Below, one piece after another: positions 9,701 through 21,200 of a stretch of 64,000 nt of DNA. The notes below the pieces were generated by a model that worked only from the letters and a program-made list of their open reading frames with translations, did not search any database and was not told the DNA's origin. Origin of the DNA: a virus; the IMG/VR virus record IMGVR_UViG_3300008448_000049, positions 10,133 to 74,132 of that record, one strand, 5' to 3'. The translations under genes were made by a program, and so were the position numbers. Every line of letters starts with the position of its first letter. The first letter of the stretch is position 1.

Positions 9701-12202
9701 GCTTTTGTGGACATTAAAGACTTCTTGCGTTTAGGCAGAGACAAAATGCGTATTGTTAATACAATAAACACTTTGAGTAATCCTGATATGTTTGAGTACT
9801 ATAAAGGTATTCAGTATGAAGTTCAAAAAATGAGACAAGCTCAAAAACTTGAGAAGCGTAAAGAAGCATTGGAGACATTTGAAAAAATGAAAGATGACAA
9901 TGACATGCTTAATGAGATTTTTGATAATCAAGCTTTTGTTAATCCAGAAGACATTGATAAACTAAAAGAGTTTAACATTGTGGATTTTTATGACGCTTCC
10001 TCCAATAACCTAGAACTTATAAAACCAGGTACAGAAAAATATAATACGTTACTTGAGATTGTTGAAAGATATGCCCGCTTAGCTAATAAAACTACAAAGG
10101 GTAAAGAGATTAAAGAAGCTGGTACATCTGCTGAAGCTAGAGAGATGAGTAAGTACAACGCATCATCTAGAAAAAAATATGAAAGAGATAAGCGCTCTTA
10201 TGAAGATCATGCTAAAGAATTTGGGTTTGATCCTACAGCTGACAAATCAAATGTACCAGCACATGATGTATTAAGAGCAATAATAAATGGTAAGTATTCT
10301 ACACCAAGAGAGAAAGCTTTAGCTAGACGTATGCTTACTGTGGTTAAGCCAGACACCAAAGTCACTTTTGTTAACAACCATTCTACACCAGGATCTTATA
10401 ATGGAGCAACTGATGAGACTGTAGTAGATGCACGTTACTCATCTGATGATTATAGACAAGGTGAAAAAGGACACCCAATTGAGCATGTTATCTTGCATGA
10501 ATTAGTACATCAAGTTACAGTAAAAGGTTTAAATACAGACCCTAAGTTCAAAGCTGATATTGAAAAGTTATTAGCGGAAGTTAAAAACTATATAAGAACA
10601 CCTGAAGCTCAACAACAATTTGGTGCAAAACCTTTATACGGTTCAATGAATGCTGAAGAGTTTGTGGCTGAAGCGTTGTCTAATGATACGTTCCAGGCTA
10701 TGCTTAGTAACATTCCTTACGCCGCTACAGGGAAATCTATATGGGAAGAGTTTACTGACACGGTTAAACGTTTTTTAACAAAGATATTTGGCCCTAGAGT
10801 TGATTCATCTTTATTGGATGAAGCAATGTATTTGATAACAAATAAGCTAGAAGCTGATATAGCTGGGCCTGCTGCATCTACTACAGGTGCTATAGGGGGA
10901 ACAGCAACTACCACAATAACTCGTAGTACTCCTATTAGTATAATCCAGAAAGATGCTTCTGTATTATTTAAAAACTTAGCTGCTGATTACCGCGCCTATT
11001 ATAAGGTAAATAAAGGTGGTACTTTAGGATTAACAGATGATGAACTAGTAGACTCTCAAGAGTTTGAAGATTATGTTCAAACATCAGACAGAGCTGGTAA
11101 AATTATTGATGACTACAATGGTGGTAAACCTGCAACTAGAACTACAACAACTACACCAGCAGCTTCTACTAAGAAGACCACAGCTCCGGCAAACAAATGG
11201 TCCGCCGGTAAACGGTATAGCTTTACAGGAACCGTACAAAGAAAAGACGGTACCTCAATTGATCTTACTAAAGTTGATATGGAGGTTGTTGAAGACCAGG
11301 GTGCTAATGTAGATCCTGACACAGGTATAGCAGAACGTATCATTGTATTAAAAGATTTAGCTACAAATGAAGAATATATTATTGACTTAGGCACACCAGC
11401 AGGTAAAGCTGTTGTTGTGGAAGATATAGCTGCTGCTCCTGTGACAGATCCTCATTTTGAAAAGTGGTCTAACATAATTAAAAATGCTGTAAGTGCTAAA
11501 GAGCTTTATAAAATAACTCAGCAGATTGATGCTACAACGGAAGGAATGAGTCCAGAACTAATGGATTTATTAGGTATGAGAAGAGCAGAACTTCCTCAGA
11601 TAGATGAACCTGTAGGTGATGACTTATCTGAACTTTATAATGAGATTAAATCCGGTGAACAACTTGAAGAGTTTATGGATAAGGCCCGTGAGGTTTTAGC
11701 TACAGGAACCATTGGTCAGAAGAACTATTACAGCTCTGTATTCGGTGAGAACTTTAACTCTGCTTTACTTGATAAACTAGAGCAGAACAAAAAAGTAGAA
11801 CTGGCAAACAAGTTAGAATTTACTGATTTAATTCCTGACACAATTGTGTTATTAAATAACGGATATACTAATATGATTGTTGGGAAAATGGATGGAAATA
11901 CTGTATATTTGCTAACCCCTCAAGACAAACAAACTAACAATATGGCAAACGCAATTAAGGTGAACCCTGATGATTATAAAAATATAATCAAGTACATTGT
12001 GGGTGACTTTGTAGCTGATGTAACAACAGCTCCAGATCTTACTGAAGATGAAAAAGCTGATGTTGAATCAGAAGGTAAAGCTTTAAAAGATAAAATTGAT
12101 CCTGCTGAGGCTTTAGCAAGAGCTAAAAAAAGTGCTGAAACACCTACTGAGCAAAGAAAAAAAGATATAAGTAATAAATTCAAATCTTGTAAAATTAGTT
12201 AA
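6752..12202 (+). CDS. Large ejected protein with zincin metallopeptidase-like domain (1816 aa)
   Basis: HELVH at 10496-10510 followed by EEFVAE. Gly/Ala-rich hydrophobic segments in the N-terminal third. Immediately upstream of the RNAP gene. Confidence 0.75.
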   Translation: MAEEVTPQPTEPVLQSAPITPGLPEQGSSTDPLAILRAEMPVVNSLIPQGLPPSINANLNIQGSYQTGPNPGAKKAGTMDYALALRDMMQDPNWSQDKYKYGRTYSYGAGSKNMNFDRYYNHPKFKELGFSPYRDNETHYNENSSWWDDFNRMKGQWAGLAWGGAKSVWGDEKEAHENMEKGLAIGSSTRGGVGGWVTNFGINSAYTVGIMGELIVEDAALAAVEVASFGTATPEVAYLAATRNAMGIGKIAKALKGTANFIKELKNVDKAKDFFTAAKAWDTTKDIAKWANPLERSMETTSHLLNNTHGFNNLKSSAKISKSFGSFYRDMRELNVAHSEAKLEGEGAASEFQDNMIDKFYAENGRMPEGDEAKRIFDTAQSLKASVIGANDLTIYFTNKLAFEDLFEGIRPGAQLAKAFTEVGTEGFLKVAGKAFKKATAATAGNALLQEGKRTGAQRVANFLTKSPYLPWSRKYMVGNIGEALQENAQEVITQGYSSYYDKIYSDPVSAVHASVLSEIGKGIGDQFSLKGLDTFAQGYLMGSLIQGGGAAIKNSKNLGVRGTKAAAYGVTGGKVGAEWNSETEADRVKQQREKNKNEVMNAGNTIAEHALTYGAGDERSSFAAAIKLTNQEKKNRLAEGDKVGAHDMGDETQINHFEILAKTGNMKLITDHVDDMLSLEDKDLADAYNLDESQAGDARKKLQTLKSRAETYQARYDKAKKINPNPHNPWMFDPKKYPDAYEDEYFKYMAHEQAVSDILFATEDFDRTGERMVGIANKLAGVDSAYQNILNTSRGGIPMANVTAVDLTALIDPIQSIDTKTSLQNQITAMELGTPEQKAKAVELKEQLDFLETWQGDVETYLLHLDSDHKANISEEERMLRKERARMLPGATIIEKYSGQEFKIETDAKGELYINKNGKLKKFNKNNYTVSKDAPGVSPEYLEVEGDELNNAIARLHGSFQKYIKNVAKMNKGYTFDDQLNEAFVDIKDFLRLGRDKMRIVNTINTLSNPDMFEYYKGIQYEVQKMRQAQKLEKRKEALETFEKMKDDNDMLNEIFDNQAFVNPEDIDKLKEFNIVDFYDASSNNLELIKPGTEKYNTLLEIVERYARLANKTTKGKEIKEAGTSAEAREMSKYNASSRKKYERDKRSYEDHAKEFGFDPTADKSNVPAHDVLRAIINGKYSTPREKALARRMLTVVKPDTKVTFVNNHSTPGSYNGATDETVVDARYSSDDYRQGEKGHPIEHVILHELVHQVTVKGLNTDPKFKADIEKLLAEVKNYIRTPEAQQQFGAKPLYGSMNAEEFVAEALSNDTFQAMLSNIPYAATGKSIWEEFTDTVKRFLTKIFGPRVDSSLLDEAMYLITNKLEADIAGPAASTTGAIGGTATTTITRSTPISIIQKDASVLFKNLAADYRAYYKVNKGGTLGLTDDELVDSQEFEDYVQTSDRAGKIIDDYNGGKPATRTTTTTPAASTKKTTAPANKWSAGKRYSFTGTVQRKDGTSIDLTKVDMEVVEDQGANVDPDTGIAERIIVLKDLATNEEYIIDLGTPAGKAVVVEDIAAAPVTDPHFEKWSNIIKNAVSAKELYKITQQIDATTEGMSPELMDLLGMRRAELPQIDEPVGDDLSELYNEIKSGEQLEEFMDKAREVLATGTIGQKNYYSSVFGENFNSALLDKLEQNKKVELANKLEFTDLIPDTIVLLNNGYTNMIVGKMDGNTVYLLTPQDKQTNNMANAIKVNPDDYKNIIKYIVGDFVADVTTAPDLTEDEKADVESEGKALKDKIDPAEALARAKKSAETPTEQRKKDISNKFKSCKIS

Positions 12203-12204
12203 AA

Positions 12205-15200
12205 ATGAGTTGTTTATCACAAGAAGAAATAAGAGATGCCCTATTTGATTTAGTAGCTGGTGATTTATATGATAAAGCTAAAGAAGATCAGGTAATTGAT
12301 TTACCCGCATATATAAAAGAAGTATATGAGTTTGTTAAAGAATCATCAGAAGATGAAGCTACAGCTATTAGTGCTGCAGCAATGGCACCAACAATAGTTA
12401 AATTAATTCTTGCTTTAGATACTGAATTAGTTGATAAAATTGAAACAAAAAATCCAGATCTTGAAAGTGATAACCTGGCATTAATAAAAAAATTTAAGAA
12501 CAATACAGATGCTGTAAGAGAAACTGTTGGTGCAACTAAACCTGTTGCTATTGATGATTCAACTCTTAAGTCTTCCGCTTCTATAAAAGTTACAGATGAA
12601 AGACCTACTTCAAAAATCAAAGAGAGTTTTAATAGATTTATGACTTGGGCCTTCCAGACTTTCCGTGTAGATATAAAAAATTATGAGAATCCAAAAGATA
12701 ATGATTGGATGAAGTCAAAAGTTGAAGAAGCTTTAAACTTTACAGTACAGAAAAAGATTAACCAAGCTTTATTTGAACAAGGTATCAATGACAGTTCTGA
12801 GATGAAACTTGATGGTGTTGAAGGTGGTGTGTACTTAAGAGCTATGAACGGTGATACCTTAAGATTAAATTATGCACCATTGATTCCTAAAACTGAAAAA
12901 GGTTGGACACCATTCTTATCTAAGTATGATATTTACATGGTCCTTACCAATGAAGCAGGTGTGCCTATACAATTTGATCCAGAAGGAACCGTAGTTAAAG
13001 ATGGTCAACTCTCTTACTTAAGAGCTAAGAGTAAAGCTCCAATGGACGCTAAAGGTAATTACATAAGTCATGAAGATAAAGAGGCTTTAGAAAAATACAT
13101 TAATAAAAATGTAAATAATGATCCTTATTACAGCAGTGCTATATCTAAAAAAACTGGTAGTGAGGCAGTAAAAGTAATTGCTAAAAGTATTCAAGAGCAG
13201 CTTGAGATGATGGCTAAAAGCTATAATCCTCTGTATGGCACTAAAAAGTTAACGGATAAGGAAAATGAAGAACTTAAAAATAGAGCTACTGATGAATTAA
13301 AAAAAGAGTATGCTGTACTAGAAAAGATGCGTGATTATGTTATAGCTAATTCTAGTAACCCTGATAAATTTTTATTGTCTGTAATGACAGGTACTTCTGA
13401 AGGGTTTGTTCCATACTCACCTTATGTAACAACGCCACTTAAAGATATTAATTTTGAACAAGGTTTCCAACCACGTGTTATAAAAGAAATTCAATCAGCA
13501 ACATCTAATGTATATCAGTCTGGTGTTTATTTTGATTATCCAAATATTGATGAGCCAATATCTATTAATAAAAAACCTTTAGTACAACAAGATGACATTC
13601 TTAACAGTGTTATTGATTTATTCACAAAAGATTTGTGGATGACTATTAACGGTGTGCTACAGCCTGTTCCTATTGGTAGAAGAGAAGAACTGATTAATCA
13701 GTTTATTGTGAATGATTTACACCATGTGTATTTCATGGCAGATAGAAAAAGTGGTACTATTAATTATGAAGATAAAGATGGTACTATAAACATAATGGTT
13801 GACGGAACACGTTACCCTTTAAAGTTTGATGGATCTAAGTCTGGTCAAGAAGCTGCAGCTGCTGCTATAAGAAAACAGTTAAGTACAGGCATGATTGTTT
13901 ATGATGAGAACGGTAGATATCCTGAAGACAAATCAATTAATACTAAACCAAAAGCATTGAAAGCTGCTAGTGCTTTAAATACTCAAATTGTATATGCTGA
14001 GTATGAAACTGATGAGAATGGTATAAAAACTATAAAGCCTAATGATTTAGAAAGAGTTAATAAACCTGGTGTGTATGCAATACAAAAAGGTACTAATTAT
14101 GATTTTGTAGGAACTAATGGACAACCTGAGTATGATTATTTTCATGCAAATGTACCATCAATTGTTATTGTTGACAAACTTATTGAGCCAGGCTATGATG
14201 AAATCTCTTTTACACAAGAGGGTGATAAAGTTATTTTAAATACAAAAAATGCATCATACAAAGACTTTCTTAAAAATAATTTCACAACTAATGCTGTTCC
14301 TTACAACTATAATAACACAGATGAGAAAGGAAAGATTGAGGTTGTAAATTCATCAGTTACTTTTTCACCTACTGCTGAGTCTATGATTAAGTTGGCAGGA
14401 GGAGAAAAAAACTCAGGAGCTGTAGATAACCAAGAAGAAATTGCTAGATTAAGAGCAGAAGAGCAAGAGTTACTAAAAAGAGAAATACCTAACATAGATG
14501 CTTATAAAGTAGATGGTAAAGTAAATCCTTTCTTAATTCCAACTACGGAAGAACGGGAGAAGTATGAAAAGATTTGGGAAGACTATGATAAAAAAATAAG
14601 CCCTTTATTAAAGTTTGCACCAGCAGAACCAAAAGCTGCAGAGACTAAACCGGCTGAGCCAACTATTGAACCATTAACTACAAAGACTACAGCATCATTA
14701 TCTCCAGAGGATATATTAAATAGCCTTAATGACATGAGTAATGAATCTGACTTTGAAAGAAATTCAAGGTTAAAGTTATCAGGTGCTCGTGGTTCTAAAG
14801 AACAATTAGATGCTGCTGCAGAGTGGTATGCTAAAAGTCCATTAAAAGAACACTTTCCATTCAAAGTTGTACTAGCTGCATTGAATGCGCAAAAACCTGG
14901 ACCAGCTGCTAGGTGGGCCGTTAATGGTATTACACTATTTAGATACTTTAATAACCCAGATGTTAGCGGTGACTATACGGATTTATACCATGAAGCATGG
15001 CACGGATTTACTCAGACATTCCTTACACCTGAAGAGAGAGAAGCAATGTATGAAGAAGCGCGTAAGAAAAAAGGTTCTTTTACAGACTACAATGGTAAGC
15101 GCGTAGCTTTTGCTGATGCTAAATGGAAACAACTAGAAGAATATTTAGCTGAAGACTTTAGAGCATACATGATGTCTGGCGGTAAGATCAAAGACAAAAC

Positions 15201-18200
15201 GTCATCAACTAAGAACGGTATCTTTACAAGAATCATGAACTTCTTGAAGGAGCTTTTCTCCGGTGTAAACATCAATGATGTTAATTATAGTCCACTAGGT
15301 ATTCCTAAAATACAAGCAATGTATGAGAACTTAAAGCTTGGTAATCTTTCTGGATACAACTTCAATGTTGAGAATAGAGATAAGACTATAGGTGCTTTAG
15401 ATCATGCTATGATTGCTAGTAAGAATGATGAAAACATGCCTGAGCTTGATTTTGAGACTACTAATAAAATAATGAGTAGTGTTAACTCAATCATATCTTC
15501 ATATACTAATACAAGAAATTTAAAAGAAGATACAAGAGTACATAGACAAGTATATAGTTACACAACTACCTTGATGAAAGATAAAACAAGAGCTCTTGAA
15601 GTTTATAAGTATATTAAATCTATTTTTGAAAATGAGGTATTGTCTAATTTGAATAGAGATTTAGCTGCTGCAAAAGCTAAGCCGGATAATGAGTATGAAG
15701 TTATAGCTCTTGAACAAGATATTACAGGTATACAATGGGCAATTAATAACTTTGGTGATCTTACAAACTTAGCAAATAACAAAGATGGCAAAGATGTAAT
15801 AGGTTACCACTTAAAAACATCCAGGTTGTTGACAGAGGAGGATAGAGCAGAGTTACTTGACGAGGTTAGTGAAGTTGATGCTTTAATAAAAGCTAGTGAA
15901 AAGTTTGACAGACCAGGTAATGATGTTGGTTCATATGATATGGCACCGCCTGAGGTTAAGTATGTACTAAGTACAATTCACAAGTGGGAAGGTACAAAGC
16001 CTGTTATGAACAGTTTTGGTATTCAAGAGCTTAGTGATCCTTCTATTGTATGGAATAGAATATCTAGAACACTTAAAGGTACAATGAGTGCTTCAGAGAT
16101 GTATGAAAAATTACAAGCTGCAGCAGGTAAAGATCCTATTATCGCAGACCTGTTAAAAAAATTAGGACCTGTTAAAACTCACACAGCAGCTGAAACAGAT
16201 TTATGGATTAAGTTCTGGACCGTGTTTAACAAAGCTGAGATTCCTTTAATGCAGATGACTGTGTTTAGAGAAAAAGATATTGAGGGTCGTGAGCTTGATG
16301 AGTACTCAATCAAGATTGGATCTAATAACTCAGTGTCTCGTATAGCTCAAACACGTTGGACAAATACATTTAGTACAGTAACTTCTGATTATAGAAAGAG
16401 AGATCCTCAAAAAGCTAATGAGATTTATCTTGATGTGAAAAAAGTAATTGAACAGTTTGGTGTAAAAGACCGTACTGGTAAATATATTTTTGAAGATGCT
16501 AAAAATTCTTATGAGTTTTTTAGAGCAATTGGTATAGAGCTTAGTGATTCTGATGAACTAAGAGATATAGTTAATAAAGGTAAAGGTAAAGCCACTAGGA
16601 TATTTGATAGATTAAACAATATCTTAAACAGAGGTACTGATAAGATTTATAATCTTAAAGACATATTTAAAGAGTATCCAGCTGTTGATAAGATTGCGGC
16701 TTTAAGTTCTGAAACAACATTAACTGACCTAGCTAATGAAGAAGTTAAATTTGCAGACTACGCGTCTAACTATGCTGTAAATAATGCTGAAGGTAATATC
16801 CAATTTGAACAAAGCTTACACAACAGTATAAGTATTATGATCAGTGCCATAAACAGTTCAAAAGATTATGCTGATCTAATTAGTAAACCTTTTATGGCTC
16901 ACTTAGATATTGATAAGAACCCGTTTGCAAAAGCTTCTGTCTGGTTGAATTCCATATATAAAATGGATGAATATAAGAAAGGCAGTACTACTGAGGTTGG
17001 GGTTAAGCGTGATCAAAAATCTGATATCAATCTTAAGGCTGCAATCAACATGTCTAATCTATCTGGTGTGTCAATTGTAAGTGATAAGAGAGATGAAGGT
17101 GTTGCCTCAGCAAGTGCTGATGAATTTACAAAATTAATTCTTGACTTTCACGTGAGTAATGTGATAGGTCGTCCAGAGTTAATGCGTCATGCTGATAAGG
17201 GTACTTCCTTCTCTTTATGGTTAAGTGATATAATAACGCCAGGATCATCAGATAATAAATCTTATGTAGATACAATTGATTTTATTAATCAGCCTTTAGA
17301 TAATGGTAGTCAATACGTGCCGGGTTATGGTAATGCATCACGTGTTTTAAAAAAATATATTGATGCTGAGATGCAAAGGATAACTAAGTTAAAAGCTCTT
17401 AAAGATCAAAAGGATTTAATATATGACGCTAAATATTTAAAGGAGGGTCAAAACTTTGTGATTTTTGAAGATGTACTTAGTCCTAAGACACGTGCATTCT
17501 TATCTAATTATCCTACTTTAGCAGAAGCTGCAGCAGTTGATCCAGATATTAGTAATGATATTGATAGAGAAATAGCCAAGTACTTTGATAATCAATCCAA
17601 ACAAGTTGGTAGGATGATGAACAGTGCTAATTATATTAGTAAGAGTTTAATGGTTAAAACAGCAACTGATGCTAATAAAGCTAATAAAGCAAACGTAACT
17701 AATAAAACTGTTAAAAATGCTTTAATAAAATCTTTTGTTGTAAACAGCTGGATACACAATATTGAGTCAATGGCTGTTATCTATGGAGACATTGCACAAT
17801 ACAAATTAGAAAAAGAAGAGTTCCATAAGCGTAATGCAGGTGCTGGTTCTACTGGTGGATTAATTGCAAGTGATCCAGTATTTATTGAGTATGTAAATAA
17901 TAAAAGCCGGTTATCTAATATTCCTGGTCGGTCAAATACATATGCCGAGAAAATGAAAATCTTTGGCAAGGATGGTCAAACAAAGAAATTAGCTAGTGAT
18001 GGTTCATTCCAGTCAGCTATACTTGAAGATAACAATATACGTTCTGAGTACTTTGAAGACATTGCTAATGCTTTAATAGACTCTGAAGAAAAAAAACTAG
18101 GTAGCAGAGAAAAAGCTATTAAGAAAGTTTTAGGTTTTGAAGTTGACAAGGAAGGAAAAGAAACAGGTAAGCTAGGTACAATAGATGAGCCATTTAAAAA

Positions 18201-21200
18201 TGGTAGTGTATATGCTTTTACTGAGATGAATGAAGGTGATGCTCAAGGCTGGATTACTTTTGACTTTTACAAAGCTACTGCAATATTAGAAGGATCATGG
18301 ACACCAGCTCAAGAAAAACTTTATAATAAAATCATAAATGAAGAACCTGTTGATTACAGTGAAGTGCTTAACTTCTTCCCTACTAAAAAGTATCAGTACT
18401 GGGGCCCTGTCCAACATAAAGACAAAGATGGTAAAGCTATTGACGGCCCGCCGTTAACAGCTTTTTATAAGTTTTCTTTATTCCCATTAATACCTAATGT
18501 AGTTAAAGGTAAAAATCTAGGTGCTTTACATACACGGATGATGGAAAAAGGTATTGACTTTGCTATGTTTGAGTCAGGATCTAAGATATCAAACTTTACA
18601 AGAATCAACGCTGATGGTAAAGCTGATAAAGATAAATTTTATTCTAGTGTTGATGGTCAAGATAGAACAGTAGATGCTACAGGAGATATGGTACCTAATA
18701 CTGTGTTCTTACAATTCTTAAAAAAGCAATTAGAGATAGCTCCATACTTTAAAGGTAAGGTTACATTCCCAACTCAAATGCGTAAGTTAATTGAGAATGG
18801 TTTAATGGAAGCTGGTGTACCTACAGATTATGAAATGCACTTGCCTGTTAAGCAAAGAGAAAAACTTTGGAGATCACTTTCTCTAGAAAAAAAATTAGAA
18901 AATTCTCAGTTTTATAGACTTGTTAAAAACTATGAGAAAGATCTTTCTGATTTAACTAAGCTTAAGATGAAAAAGCTTGAGGCTGAAGCTAGCATTAAAC
19001 GTGATGAAGATGGTAATGTTATATTCAATGAAAAACTTGCTGAGTTCATTATAAAAGAATTAGACAGACAAGACTTAGCTGAGCATGAGATAGGATTTAT
19101 TAAATCAGGAACAAACAATACACTTGCTCATGATTTATCTTATTCATTATCTGCAGAGAAGATTGAGAAGATCTTAAACTCTATTGTAGTTAAACGTCTT
19201 GTCAAACAGAAGTTTAAAGGGGAAGGTCTGATCCAAGTATCAGGTGCTGGTTTTGAAGATACTCTGCGCGGCAAACTTACTGATGAAGAAAAGGCTAAGT
19301 ACGGTACTAATGGATTAGCTTTTTATAAAAGAAAAGGTGGGCCAAATGGAACAACCTCAGCAATGAAAGTTAAGATTGCTTTACAAGGTAGCTTTGAGAA
19401 CTTGCTTTACTTGAAAGATAAAGATGGTAAAGAGATTGGTACTATTGAAAGATTAAATCAACTGCTTAAAGATGAGTCTTGGTTAGATATAGGTGATCAC
19501 CGTAAAATGGTTAGCATCACTGGACCACGTATTCCTACTCAAGAGAATAACTCTATGGAGTTTGCTGAGGTTTATGAGTTCTTACCTAGAGAAGCTGGTA
19601 ACATTGTTATACTTCCTTCTGAGATTGTAGCTAAATCTGGTGGTGACTTTGATATTGATAAGATCACATTCATGATGCCTAACATTTCCTCCGGTATAAA
19701 TTGGGCTAGCTGGTTAGAAGAAGGATCTGGTAAACGTGAAGAGTTACAAAAATCTACTACCCTAGATCTATCAGCAGAGAATGTTAAACGTGTTATTGAT
19801 AACAGAAAAGCAGATGAACTATCTGTTGAAGATCAAGCTGTATTAAGAATACTAGCTGAAAACTCTGATAAAAATGTAAAGTTTCCATTTGACAGTAAAA
19901 CTGAAGAGGGTCTTGAGAACAGAATATTAGATGATATGAAAAACATATTGTCTCTTAAAGAGAACTACGTGAGTCTTGTACGTCCTAATGGTACTGATAT
20001 TGTTAAGCCTCTTGCTGATGAGCTTTCATCTAAGGTTATGGATTATAATCCTAAGAAGCGTTTATATGATGCACCTAATAGTTCTCGTATTGCGGGTACC
20101 CGTTTGTTTGAGATTCCGTACAACATGTATAAGCATACATCAAACAGTATTGGTAAACAAACTTTAGGTCTTGGTGCTGTAGATAATACTTTTAATACAG
20201 TGTTTAACCGTATTGGTGCTAGAATGAACTACGAGTATTGGGGTAGCAGGAATGTTAAAAGACGTTTGGATTTATTATTTAATCACAATACTTTACAAGA
20301 TGATCAAGGCCGTGATGTAATTTCATTATCTCACTTGATGGATGTTAATAATGATAACAGTATATCTTCAATAATTGGTCAGCTTATTAATGGCTGGGTG
20401 GATATTGCTAAGGATGCTTGGATCTTTAACTTACAAGGGAACAAAGAGATATCACCATCTTTATTATTTTTAGTTCAAGCTGGTGTACCTTTAAAACAAG
20501 CTGTGTATTTTGTATCTCAACCTATTATCAGAGAGTATGTAAAAGAAATGCAGCAAGCTAAAAGCACATTTGCTGGACCTATGGGTAAAGGAACTGATAA
20601 TCCTAACTTGTTTAGAGGTGAAGCGCGTAAAGTAATCTTTAAAAAACTAGGTTATGACGCATCTCAAATGGCTGTCTTTAATGAGAATAATGAGAAGAAG
20701 CAAGAGTTTTTAGATAAACGTACCTTAGAACTTACTGATAAGAAAACAGGATCTGAGATTGATTTCTTTAATCCTGATAAAGTTGAAGCTAATTTAAAAA
20801 ATAAAATTGATGCTTACGCTAATGCTGTTAAAGAGCAACAAGAATCATCAGATTCAGAAGCTCCATTGAATTACAATTATGACGTTAAAGATGAGGCTAT
20901 ATTCTTACACTTCCTTGAAGTAGAAGAGATGACTAATTCAGCAACTAAGTTTAAAATGGCTTTAAATGTTGATACAACTAAAACAAACAACATCTTTCAA
21001 GCTCAAAATAAAAATGAGATCATTAAAGATTTACAAACTGATGGTAAATTACCAGCAGAAATTGTAAAACTTATCCAAGAGGAATCTCCAATAGGCAGCT
21101 TTTTTACACAAGACTTTCAAATTGGTTTATGGAAAAATCTATTTAAGTTGAGAAATGACGATGATCTTAACAAGTGGATCTTGAATAAGACTAGACAAAT

